From: Phoronis australis
Lineage: Eukaryota > Animalia > Phoronida
Direction of reading: 5' to 3'
DNA: 64,000 bases
NCBI GenBank assembly: GCA_002633005.1
Contig: NMRA01000227.1
Span: 587,435-651,434 of the forward strand
In this document: positions 36,249 through 49,362 of the stretch, in pieces
Numbering within the stretch: the stretch's first letter is position 1
Layout: each line of letters begins with the position of its first letter
The notes under the pieces: generated by a model
Seen by the model: the letters and a program-made list of their open reading frames with translations, nothing else
What the model was told of the DNA's origin: nothing
Databases searched by the model: none
Translations under genes and position numbers: made by a program

Positions 36249-38789
36249 GTGAGTTGCTCGCGTAATCGGGTCATACGGTTCATCGCTAGTGACTCATAAC
36301 AATGGGTGGTATTCCAGATTTCGTCGTCTCCGTTGACATCGCTATATGTATGTGTGACATATTTTCAGAAGAGCCTTTCCTATTGACTCGGTTTTGTCAC
36401 AGCTGAACGATTGAACGTTGTCCCCAGTGACGGTGAATGTGAGTGTGATTCAGTGAACGACTCCATGTTTCTTCTAATCTTTTCAATCATCTATTTCTTC
36501 GAGAGTACGTACTCCACTTCAGTCCAGTATACTATACTGAAGTGAAGTGAAGTACTATACTATATACTGTATAGTACAAGTAGGTACTTCAGTTCAGTTT
36601 AGTACTAGTAGGTACATGTGCTGTATGTAGTTGTCATACCCTAGCTCAACAGACAGATATGAAATCTGTTGAAACACTGTTGTTGACTGCATGGAGTGCA
36701 TGGTCGTTTTACTAGATTCAGACTATATGTTCTGTTCTGCGAGTTCAGGTGGTGGCCTAGGCATAATGTTTTCACATCGTTTTGGTCTCTGAATAAGGAC
36801 TACGTACATCTTCAGAGACCACAAACAGTAGAACTCGGATAAATCGCTTCCAATTCAGGCCGAGAGATTTTATCGGAGTCAGGAGAAATTTTAAATACAC
36901 CTTATTATTGGTTGACAAAGCCTGCCCTCTACCAAGGCCTTCTGAAGTGATAATTATCCCGGCGAGCTGGTGATGACTTTTGATTGAACATATACTGAAA
37001 ACTGGAAAGCCTGACAGCTTCAGTCATACCTGTCAATGAACTTTGTCTTTTTTGATGTTCTTTGACTCTTTACTCTTGCAGGTAGGGTAAATTCAGTCTT
37101 GTTACCTGTGCAATTTACTATGTCACATACTAAAAATTAACCATTGACAGTTTACTTGCAGTCAAGACTGCAGGTCAGGTGATATGTAAATTGAATATTT
37201 AGGGCAAACATCAAAGAGAGATTATTGTAGTTTTGCCCATGTATTTATGTTCAAGTTATTACTCACACATAACAGCTTCTATTTACCGGTACATGGTTAT
37301 TATACTTTATTCTACCGTGGTATATACCGGTGCATGGCTATTATACTTTATTCTATTAATAAAAAGTAAATAATTATGGGTATAGCCGTTCCATTACATG
37401 ATCATCTTCTGTATGCCTATGAGACGTATTGCCAAAATGGTGGAGTGGATGAACTAGAACAAACGTACCAACAGTACAGTTGAGCGAAAATCAGATTTGT
37501 GCAAAAGTTTCTGTAAATCATATCTCTAGCGTGGTTAGTGGAACAGTGCTTCTGGTCATGACCCATAAATATTGGTTATACTGGGACCAGCATTCCTACA
37601 TTATAGATCCTTTTGCAGAGTCTCAGTGTTATGAAATTAGGTGCGGAAAAGGGATTCATGAGTTTCTTGACAACACTTAAAGACCTGTTCTGAACCTGAA
37701 TGCTTGCATTGACAAAATGGTTGTGAATGTAAACACAGAGGTGACCAGTAAAAGAATACGGTACTTATCTGTCACTTATTCGCAAATTTTCACGTCAAGA
37801 TTGTTGAGTTGTGCCCCCTTAGGCATGGGCGTGTCAGAACTGGTGATGAGATCAAGATCTAGGTTGAAACTTCAATAATGAGCAGCGTTTTGAACAAACC
37901 TCAAAAAACTTGTTAGGAGCTAATTGTAGTCTGTGAAAATTATTCACTGACTTGGATTGTCTGCTTATTCTTGTCTAGTGACATGAGGAATAAACCTTTT
38001 TGTCCATGGCCACAGATGGTGAGCCTGGGCAATGTTTCACCACAAACTGGCTGTCTTGAGAATTTAGACAAGGCAAGTGGTTGGGATGATCTCAGACAAA
38101 GGAGGTATCAAATTGTATATGCTTACTTTGAATGTAAATATAAGCCAACCATAAAATTTGATTAAACGTGTTTTATACAATAAAATAACACCAACTTCGG
38201 ACAAAAATTAACAAATTTACACTTTTTCATTTTTCAAGGTTTTCTTACACTGTTGTGAATGCCCACAAATTTGAAAACATTTTTGATTGTTGAAGCTATG
38301 GTATAGAACATAAAGCATTAATTTGATGCATTATATTTTTATGAACAAATGAGAACATACAGTTTCACTAGTTGACCATATTTTGCTCTAAATTGGTGAG
38401 GTCAATGTTAAGAATGCTCAGAGCTATGTTTAGGTGTAGTCAGCTGGATGTTAAAAAGAGTTAAAGCTGGCTCATCAGCTTTAAGGTACCGTGTGTACAT
38501 TTGATGCTGCCGTGAGTAATAGACTGACATAATTTTTATTGTAATTAATCAAAAAGGAAGAGTAGGATCTAAAGCTAGACACATCACATACTGTCTTAAC
38601 ACTTGCACATGTGAAGACACATAGTATATATGAATGTAGCCACATGGCCAGCCTAAATGTAAAAAATGTCCAGTTTGGGACTGTCTCTAACATTTGGGAC
38701 ACCCAGATAGCAGAAATTGAATTTTCTTGGTTCTGAAGATTGGGATATGGAGGATTTTCAATACTTAGATAATGTTGCCAATTGGCAGA

Positions 38790-39105
38790 TCTAAAGTGTC
38801 ATCACATAGATATGAATGTTGCCACATTGTGGGCCTAAATGTAATGACATAGATAGTGTAGGCACATGGTGGGCCTGAGTGTCGTCACATAGATAGTGTA
38901 ACCTCAAGGTGGACCTAAGTGTCATCACCTAGATAGTGTAGCCACGGGACGGGCCTGAGTGTGGTCACGTAGATAGTTTAGCCACATGGTGGGCCTTAAA
39001 GTGTCGTCACCTAGACAGTGTAGCCAAATGGTGGGCCTAAGTGTCGTCGCATAGTGTAGCTGCATGGTTTGCCTAAGCAGCATCACATAGACGATGTAGC
39101 CAGAT
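38790..39105. repeat. Degenerate minisatellite, 40-bp unit
   Basis: AGATAGTGTAGCCACATGGTGGGCCTAAGTGTCGTCACAT-like units at 38851, 38891, 38931, 38971 and onward. Confidence 0.85.
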
Positions 39106-39697
39106 GTGCCAACAAAAAGATATTGATTTTAGTTTCATGGGGTGAAATTTGGTCCTGTTCCAACTTGGTCATTGCTAGTACTGATCCTTTGGTAGAAAAA
39201 TCTGTAATGTTCAACAGTTATCAAACTGTTGTGTGTCATGTTTGTTTTAAGATATTCAATCTTCCAAGAATTTGTCACTATGTGTGAAAAGTACACAGAA
39301 CCACCAAGGACAACTTTTATGTCAAGGTCCTGAAAACTCTCATTGAAACTGACTAGTGATTTGTGATTGGCATTACCTACTACTTAGAGCAGTAGTGTTG
39401 TAAATGCATTTTACTGATAACACTAAAGTACTTGGAAAATTCATGGATTTGTTCTGAACTGTGTGCTTATCTAGATTTTATTCCTTGTGCAGTTTAAAAA
39501 GAATGGTCTTCTAGGCTGTCCTTGATTGTGGACTGAAACATGCTGTTTGGGCATGATGTCAAGTGGTAGATCTTATCTAGTATTATGAACAGGCTATTCT
39601 GTGGTTTATACAATGGCATTTGAAATATGATATCTTAGAGAAGTATGTGCTTTGAATGGTGTATATTGTTTTTGTACTAGTGTTTAACTAGTTGTTC

Positions 39698-39781
39698 CTG
39701 CTGGTGTTGAATGGCTCCCTGCTGGTGTTGAGTGGCTCCCTGCTGGTGTTGAGTGGCTCCCTGTTGGTGTCGAGTGGCTCC
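39698..39781. repeat. Tandem repeat, 21-bp unit x4
   Basis: CTGCTGGTGTTGAGTGGCTCC. Confidence 0.9.
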
Positions 39782-42700
39782 CAGCTGTTAGACACACTCA
39801 TTTCTAGAGTTTGTGGTTTGGTACTCTGAAGCACTAATTTTGGGATGGGCAACGTGTACACTGATGGAGATTTGAAATATCACCCCAGATTTCTTTGGGT
39901 TGACTAAAGTAACCTTCCCCAGCTGTCATTAGCTGTGTATTCAGCATTACGTGTCTCATCATGCACTCAGTGAAGTGCGAGAACTGTACACTGCACCTAC
40001 GTTGACTGGGTTTACATGTAATATCTTGATGTCAGTCATGAGGTTGTGATGATGACAATTGATTAATTCTTGTGAGCCTCACTCCTGTCTGCAGTTACAT
40101 ATATATAATATACACATTTTAATGAATTAAAAATTCTTATTTCAGCCATTAGAAGAATCCTTGGTAACTCCTGCTGACAATCAGAACAATTTTGCGCAAC
40201 TTCCACAACTACAGGAAACTGAGGTTTGTGCATAGGTTGTATATTTGTTTGGCACCATGAAAGAGCACCTGAGCCCATACTACTTAGACATACCTGTGCA
40301 TAAAGTTCTTCTCTCGTGGCTCACACACCCATATTCTTCTATCCTGTACCATATTTTACCATGGTCATATTTTTGTGCACACGTACCAATCCTGCGCCCA
40401 CACATTATTACGTGCCCATCAGCCTTAGTTCCCCCACTCACAGACATACTCATTGATCAATCTGTTGTTCTATGTGATGCGAGTTGCACACTTTACTGGA
40501 AAAACTGCTCCCAAGCCAGACATCACTCCTCCTACAGATGTAGTCCAGCCTTCTATTATTCTATGATACTTATTTACAGTAATAAATTACCTATTTCACA
40601 AAAAAATAATTATCAAATTTGCCATTTTTGTATTTTTCTAATGGCGTTTACATTAGCACTCCATATCAAAGTATGGTTTTGCCACATTTAAGTTAGTACA
40701 AGGTAGCCTAATAATAATCTAATATTTTGAGAATTTTGACAAAATAGGGGCTACACAACTTGCTGGGACTCTCAATTGCATGGGAACGCAACAGATTTAT
40801 GGAAATGATTTGTGTAAAAATATTTCTGCAAAATTTCTGTCATTCAGAAATGCTTTGAAAGGCTGCTACTTGAATCATCCATCTCTGACATAGTTAGCAT
40901 TATGACTGTCACATGTACTTAGGTGTTTAATAGTGTGTGACTAAAAATGAGTTGAAATGCACCCTCACTGAATCCTAAGCAAACATTGTGAACATAAACA
41001 TTTTCATTTAATAGAATAATGCAATGGTTGTGAAATGATTCTGTTTAAAGTGAATAATCAAAAATTGCCGTGTACAGCTATTCACAGTTGATTAGTGAGG
41101 AGTAAGGATTTAATATGAGAGAATGCAAAGTGGCGTGAAAGAAGGGAACGTTACTGTGGGGATATAGAATAATGTTTGTGAGCAGGGAAGGATGTGCAGT
41201 AAAAAGGTTAGTTGTGCATGAGTGAAGAAATGTGATGGTGAGATGCAAAAACAGGACCCTCATTCATTTGAGGGCAAAGGTGCATGTGCATTCTGAGAAG
41301 GGATTTTTTTTGGGTGAGGGAAAATTTTACTTCTCAATCACCATCAAAAGCCCCCACCCTGTTGCAAGCCTTCAAGTAGCCAAAACTAACTTTTTGCGCT
41401 CTTTCAAATTGTCGTCTGTGTGAGTTATAAGTGATTTGAACCTTGAAGGGAATTTTCAATCACTTGAGGGGAATTTTTGGGCCACAAGAGGGGAATTTTG
41501 CGTCATGTTTTTCAGAGGGGAATGGAGCCGTTGTTTGGCCCTAATATCGAGGGATTGAGGGGCCTGGAAAAGGTACATGGTGTCTGTGAGATGTGAATTG
41601 CGTGCATGGGGAGAGACCTTTGTGCACAAATAAGCCTGGGTGGGGTGTGGCAGGGAAGTCGAGGCACCCTGCAATAGAAATATAAAAGACTGGCTCTTGT
41701 TGAATGAGCTGTGTTAAGGCTTTAACTGGAAAATAATCAAGTCATGTTGTGAACTTGTTTAAAAACGTTTTTGACATCATGCATGAATGCATAAACCCTA
41801 GTTTGAACTTTCTGTAAACATTCTGGTTAGTGTCTGCTCACCTAAGCATTCAGCTTTTCAATTAAGCAGCGCCCTCTGCATGTGCTACTGGCCTGACCCT
41901 ACTGTATGGGCTATTCCCTACCTGTGTTTTGGTCCACCATCCATGAAAGGCATTTTACCATGCAGACACTAGCACAATTTGGAGTCACTGTTGTCGTGAT
42001 CATACCTAGGACATCGTACTCTGCATGTGTTTCATTCAGTTCCTTAAAAATGGTCATTTTTGTTGATATTGTTCCTATAGTCAGTTACAGACTCAATCTA
42101 CGCAACAAAAGTTTCATGGGAACCACTTTCTGAATGTGGCAACGGCTTCCGAAGACTTCTGGAAGGTTCTGCTCTGCCCCCTAGTAGCTTTACATTTGCC
42201 TTTGTTATCCTCAGTGCTCCTCGACTGTTTTGGTGTAGAATTTGGCAAACAAGTTACTGTCATGATGACGACAACACCTTTCCATTTTCAGAAGTATTTG
42301 AAGTATTCTGTCCTATCTAGTGGCCATTCTTATTATCTTTGAGTCTCATTTTTTTGTTGTCTGCCTCTGTGTCTGCCAAACCACTCTGAGAATCATGAAT
42401 GTTGGCAGATGTGTTCCAACTAACTAGAGCATACTTATGTGAATTTTCGGACAGGTCCAACTACCATGGTGCCCCCTAGCATTTTTTTGCATCTGCGGCT
42501 GTAGCTCCTAAATCCTAAATTCCTTGCTGTGCTTTTTGGAAATTTATCAAGTGTATTAACTTGACAACAGATGGACTACCACTGTGCCTTGTTGTGTCAA
42601 CTTGTTTTTCCCCCGTTTGCCTCTGTATCTTTGGAATTCCTTGTGGGATTTTCATGAAATTTGGCAAATAGTTTTCTGTTAGGGAGGGGGTGATGGCCAT

Positions 42701-43000
42701 TTACGGATGTGTCTGGCATATTCTGCATCATCTTATGGCCATTTTTATGATACTTAGAAAGACCCCTTAAAGCATACTGCTTGTAGTGCAGTTGTGGGCT
42801 CATTTTGAGCTTTGCATTACTGTTGTATTTCTTGCACAACTACAAAGTTATTGATTACCAAAATAACACACGTTTGATGATGTTAACCATTCTTCTTGAT
42901 GAGCCTCTTGATTGTACAAGTTATCAATGTCAGTTTTTCTAGAAGTTTTTCCCTTTTGTCATTGCTGTGCATCAGCGTATGTACCGTATGTATCATTGTA

Positions 43001-43260
43001 CAGCTTGCTGCCTTAGGTGTAGTTTGTATGTATCATTCCACAGCTTGCTGCCTTAGGTGTAGTTTGTATGTATCATTCCATAGCTAGCTGCCTTAGGGGT
43101 AGTTTGTATGTATCATTCCACAGCTTGCTGCCTTAGGTGTAGTTTGTATGTATCATTCCATAGCTAGCTGCCTTAGGTGTAGTTTGTATGTATCATTCCA
43201 CAGCTTGCTGCCTTAGGTGTAGTTTGTATGTATCATTCCACAGCTAGCTGCCTTAGGTGT
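43001..43260. repeat. Minisatellite, 40-bp unit x6.5
   Basis: CAGCTTGCTGCCTTAGGTGTAGTTTGTATGTATCATTCCA, near-perfect, no spacers. Confidence 0.95.
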
Positions 43261-46200
43261 TGTTTACAACATTTTTGACAGTATATTTTTCAAATTTATG
43301 CTTAAAATTGTTTTAAGGTTGCAATTTCAATGATTTTTGGTGACAACTACGTTTCATGTCAATCCTAAAATGTTTGCGTGGATCACCCAATTATGGGTGT
43401 CAGTTTTACAGCAGGGCTGATTCAAATTGTACCTTAATTTGGCTAAGTACTATGCTTGATATATTATTATGCTAAATTCTTTGGTTTTCCTGTCTGCTGA
43501 CCTCACTTTTTGAGGTCTTGCGTTATTGGGGGTGACTGTCTGGTGGCTGATAAGGGTCTATGTTCTGTTGTGGTAAGCACCTGTGCCCTGTTTTATGAAA
43601 GTTCCAATTTAAGTGCCTATGTCCAGTAAGTGCCTGTCCACAATTTTCAGGCTTGCTAAGTGCATTAATCAGACTGTTTATGGTATATAAAACCAATACT
43701 TAGTAAAAAGGTTTGGAGTTGTGCCTCTTAATTGTTTAACAAACTTATATTTTCACAATCCATTTGTTTAATACGTAATTAGGGAGTGACCAAGCAAATG
43801 CACTGACTGATTTTTTTATTTCGTCTCACAAAAAGGATCAGTGTTCTCATATTTAGTCGACAAAATCCAGATGCTGAAGTTGAAAATTATGGTTAGTCCA
43901 GTTTTTACATCTATAGTGCTAAAAGGCACTTTAAAAATAATTACTGGGTTTGGACATTCTGGTCATTCAACTTCTTTAGGAGTATGTATTGGGTGCAGCC
44001 AGTTTTGAGGCACACAGAATAATACAAACAAACTGAATCTTACAAAAGTTTTAACTACTAAAATGTCTCAACTGCTTACTTGAATGAAGAAATGTCCAAG
44101 ACCTGTGAAATTATTGTGACACTAAACACACGCACGCAGGCACGCACACACACATATATATTCATTAAACGTAACACCTATTGAGCTATTATTCTAGGAC
44201 TCAAGTTGAGATTCTGATGGTAACATTTTGGTCAGGTGATTGGTTTAGTACACAGACAGCAAGCAGATATAAAGTTTATTGGAGTAGGCCAAGACACAGT
44301 GGTTCATCACTGAGTATCACTATACAGCTGTGCCCTTGCCAAGACACACACACACTATTTGTAGTGGTTTTGTGGCACTGTTTATATATCTGGCAGTTCT
44401 GATAAAGACTTGGCAAACAAGACTAGCAGTCTGATTTATACTTTGCCCCCAACTCAGGGTTACTACCATTGTTCACTATAATGCTTGCCTGTATGCCTGT
44501 TGATATATAACCTAAGCAAACCTAGCATAACATTGTCAAAAGTGAGTTATTGAGCTGATGCTATCCAGAAATGTACATCTTGCATGAGTAGAACACAGTT
44601 TAAATGTCAGAAGAAGTTAATCCAAAACATTTGTCAACTGAATGTTTACAACCTAGCCAAACTGGCTGGGGGATTGGCTACAGGGCCAGCACATGTTCAT
44701 AATTGCCAACATTCCAAAATGAAAAAGCAAAACATCTGGATCTAGGATATCTCAAAGGGGACATGTCCCCAAAGGTGAAATATTCACCTTATAACCCTGG
44801 GAACATCACGGCAACTCCCCACCCCATTTGTGAGGAGAAATAGAGGTTTGTGGCATAGCACAGAAATATGTATGAGTGCGTAAATATGGTTCCGTATGTC
44901 AAAAAAGTAGGACATCCTGATGCTCTGGCAGAACGCTGTATAGAGATTCAAAAAGTGGAATGGTCTTGACAAAAGCAGGGTATAGTTCATAGATGACTGC
45001 ATGAGAGCCTAGTGAGAAGAGAAGCCTACTCTATCCACATATTGTGGTGCCAAGTCACTTGGGGACATTGTTTACATCAGACACCTACCAGTAATAGGAA
45101 ACTGATAGCTCATTCACGCATAGATTAAACATGTGTAAATAAGTTGTTTAGCATGAAGCTGACCTTATACAACAATGCAACAAAGACTACAAGTTGAGAG
45201 TCAAGAGTTTATGATAAATAAATCGATTAAAAATACAATGTGGCCAAAGTGACTGGCATGTGTCACTGAGCCCTCTAGTGAAGGTTGTGGCCATCGGCTG
45301 TGGTCATTGATCAATTTTTGAATTTGTTTTATAGGTTTGAAATAACGGTATTTCACACATTGAATGTAAATAACAGGGCCGTTGACCTCTATGAAGAATG
45401 AATCACATTTGCAGTAAAGATATTATGAAACTACTGTATCGAATACTGAAATGTTAGACAAGAAAAATGTCTTTGGAGACTGTTCAATAGACGTACGGAG
45501 AATAAGTTGCTATATTTTTAAATTAGGAATGCATTAGTTTCTTAGTAGATATATTTATGCAAAATTGTATCATTTAGCTGCATCTACTGAAACAATTTGA
45601 TAGAAATAGCAATGATATACAAATCTGGGTAAAATTTCCACAAGCACAATTTGTCAGGGCTCTTGTTAAGTCTGATTAAGTTGAAAGTCATTTTCACATA
45701 GCTGTGAATTGACTTCTGCATGGCACACTTAATGATCAGATAAGAGCCAGTTTATTTGTTTGGCTTTCCTCAACTTATGTATATTAGGACTTAGCTTACA
45801 TAAGTGAATAAACAGATTACATGCATCAGAGCATTTGTCCTGGAGTTTGTGGTTCACACACACCATTCACATATGTTGGAGGTGATCCAACTATTTAAAA
45901 GATCATATTGAATGGCTGATGTCCAGTAGTACTGTACCTTACTGCTGGGGTATTGTTCCTGAATTCAGCATTTGTGAACAATTCAGGCATATGTGGTTCA
46001 GCCAAGCCTCAATTAACAAGTCTGGTTTTTGGACCCTTGCCTTGAACATCTCCCTGTAACATACCTCAAATGACCATTTCCCCAGGTCTGAGTTGTATTA
46101 AAGTTATTATGTTAATGGTTAGACTCAAGTCATGTCCACACTAGAAATTTTAACCATAGAAGCTATATGTTATGAGGTGCTTTGCTTGTGATGTATTGTG

Positions 46201-48154
46201 AAGTCTTGCGCGTTTCTGTAAGGTCCTGTTGTTTAAGTATCTGGAAATCTTATTAATCCAGTTGGTTGTAATAGTTGCCATGGTAACTGCTTGGAATGTC
46301 AATCAGCTTTTCTTGTTAGTTGTTTTATTCTCCTGGGAGTTAAGTGGATCACTCAAAGACTTCAAGATCATGGCTGCTTTCTGGGGTGGCTGCTATTTTA
46401 TTCATGTTCATTTTGTTAACACAGATTATTATGGTCATGCCAAAGGTTAGGCTCACTGGATTTTTGGAAACACTTCCTTGTTAGAACAACCAGACAGTTC
46501 ATGTTTAAGTGACTGTATGGCTCTTAATCAGATAATTATTTGGCTTGATCGATTCTGTCTGCAAAAACTCATCTGTATGTGTTGCATTTAGATTATATTA
46601 CTGGACACTCTGTGGTTTCTTTACCCATATTTAGGTATGTGGTCTTACATGTGATACTGTGTGAAATTAAATGGTTGAGCATTACCTGAAACACTTAGGT
46701 AAAACTGAGAACATATTTCTAAAACATTATATAGGTGCACATACCATACACTCTCAATGGTAATTGATTTGGACTGGATTTTGTCGACACAATTTTATTT
46801 TTACCTACACCCATTAGCCATTCATTACATTTTTGCTGTTATGATATTTTGTGTTGTATAAAGGCTGCATTCAGACTTGTATGTACTGTTATGCCAATGT
46901 ATTTATGTATGCTTGCAAAAGATTCATGTAATAGTATGGATTGAATTCAGTGATGCTCTCTGATATGTGGTCCTGATGTTGACAATAATTGCAGATAATA
47001 CATTTAGTGGATTTATGTTGCATTTTTCGTATTTCAAATAATCCCTTTAGTGGATTTACTACGAGTTTTTCGTGTTTAGAATGATCCACTTAGTGGATTT
47101 ACATTATTTTTTGTATTAGGAATGCCTAAAAATCTACAGAGCTAAAATATTGGAACAATCATTAGCTACTTGTGATGTATGTAATATGATATTGATAAAA
47201 TGGACTTTCATTGTCTACAAGTATGGTACTGTTACTGTGCATTTATATGCTTGTAGTATGGTCCATATCCAAACATTTTGCCCAAGTGTGTCATGTCTAT
47301 GCTTATGAACCAACCCCTTAGAAGCTTCAGCTAACCTAGTCCCCTGATTGTTACTAAGGATTGAATTTCTTAACCTTGAACTATGTTTTTAAAATCCAAA
47401 ATAATCACACAATCTAATTATGGGTTCAAAAACAATGCCATATGTACATAATCGTGTGACTGCCTTTGAAAAAACATGATTTTTTATGTTGTTTGCTGTA
47501 TTTTCCAAAACATTATTTTTTCGCATGAACTTGTAAATTCTGTTTCTTTATTCTATTAGCTAAAACTTTTGTCTGGGAAATTCCCCAAACATGATTTGTA
47601 GTTAGTGGCATGTTTTGTGTCAAAAAATCAAATTTGGGAAACTCTGATGTTCCCCTTGAAAAGTCAATGTTTTGTAGAAGAACTGCAGTCCAGTCAGGTG
47701 ACTACAAACAGCTGCGTATTATTTTTGTGTATGTCATAAGTTTGTGTGATAATCAAGAATTTTAAAAACATTTGGTTTTACTAGTCTACTGCTATTGCTT
47801 AAAAGGTTATTTGAGATTTTTCATCCTTGGGTCACGGAGGTAGCCTGGGTAATTGCAAGTTCATGGTTGGCCAACCCATGCCCTTTTGGTCATGGAAATA
47901 GGATCCTATAATGCAGGGAAAAATTGTCAAACCATTTTTTTTACAAGTGAAAGGCCTAATTTGATTTTTATTTTTAGGCTGCTGAGCAGCACAAAATGTA
48001 GCTTTAATATTTCATGCTAAATTTAATGCACGTCATCCTCAACGGGTTTTGTAAATGATAAGTCAAGTTTCACTCGTATGCTCTTTTGATATTTGACTCC
48101 TTTGTTTTACTTAATTGTTTTGCATACATGCACATAATATGCCTAATTTGCCAT

Positions 48155-48745
48155 ACAGGCACAGGATTACACATAGGCACATGGGCCTTGTTAGAGATGT
48201 ATGTACTGATTCACATATACTAAGTACATGGGCCTTGTTAGAGATGTATGTACTGATTCACATATACTAAGTACATGGGCCTTGTTAGAGATGTATGTAC
48301 TGATTCACATATACTAAGTACATGGGCCTTGTTAGAGATGTATGTACTGATTCACATATACCTAGGTACATGGCCTTGTTAGAGATCTACTCAAAGATTC
48401 ACATACAGGCACATGGGCCTACTTACAGATCTAGGTGCAGATTCACGTATAGGCACATGGGCCTACATACAGATGTAAGTTCAGGTTCATGTATAGGCAC
48501 ATGGGCCTACTTACAGATGTAAGTTCAGGTTCACGTATAGGCACATGTACCTTGCTAGAGATCTAGGTACAGGTTCACAAATAGGCACACGAGCCTAGTT
48601 ACAGATCTAGGCTAAGGTTCACATACATGCATGTGGGTCTAGTTTCAGATCTAGGCATACGTTCACATGTAGGTTTATGGTCCTTGTCAGAGTTCTAGGC
48701 ACAGGTTCACATATAAGTACGTGGAACTAGTTAGAGATCTTGGTG
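48155..48745. repeat. Minisatellite: ~4 near-identical 47-bp units followed by degenerate 44-bp units
   Basis: CATGGGCCTTGTTAGAGATGTATGTACTGATTCACATATACTAAGTA at 48180, 48227, 48274, 48321, then GGCACATGGGCCTACTTACAGATCTAGG..TTCAC units. Confidence 0.9.
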
Positions 48746-49362
48746 TACATTCGTGTATAGAATGACATGAAATAAAGTTCATGGGAATAGAAATAAGTTT
48801 AGAATCTTGAGTAGAATAATGGTTCATGGGCTGAGTTTAGAAGAATAGAGTTGTGGTTTGTGGAATGGAGTTTGAAAGAAAATAACTGTGCTGCTATGAC
48901 GAAGTTATGCTGTTCTGTATAATGTATATGTGGAATACGGAGTCCAAAATTATCTGCTAGTTGGAGCCATGCGCTTTGATCAAAATGAAAATACTCGAAT
49001 CACATAGTTGTCTTCAGTTCAGGTTTTCAGAAATTCATGTTCAAAGCAAAAATGACTTTCCAAAATGGCATGTAAGAATTTGACATGACTTCAAGGCATG
49101 GATTTAGTTGGTTGTATAATAAAGATTTGCAAAAAATGTGCCTTTGTGTGATGATAATCAAAAGGAAATATGACTGAACTTCACAAAAGTTTTCACTTAT
49201 CTTAAAAATGATTGAGCAAATTTGATGTGTTTATTTGTGACTTATGCTGAACACTAAGTATTCGCTTTTTGCAGGCACCTTTCTTGGAACAATGGTACCT
49301 AGGCATGTGTGCAAGGTATAGTGATGGTTGTCAGCTAAAACTGTGATTGGATACCAGTAAAC

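Noticed and set aside
40245-40691. 148-aa ORF inside the long intron
   Set aside because: Non-ATG start, no recognisable motif, no convincing exon boundaries.
43001-43260. Regular 40-bp repeats (also 38.8 kb and 48.2 kb) as a CRISPR array
   Set aside because: Units are contiguous with no unique spacers, no cas genes, and the context is a eukaryotic intron.
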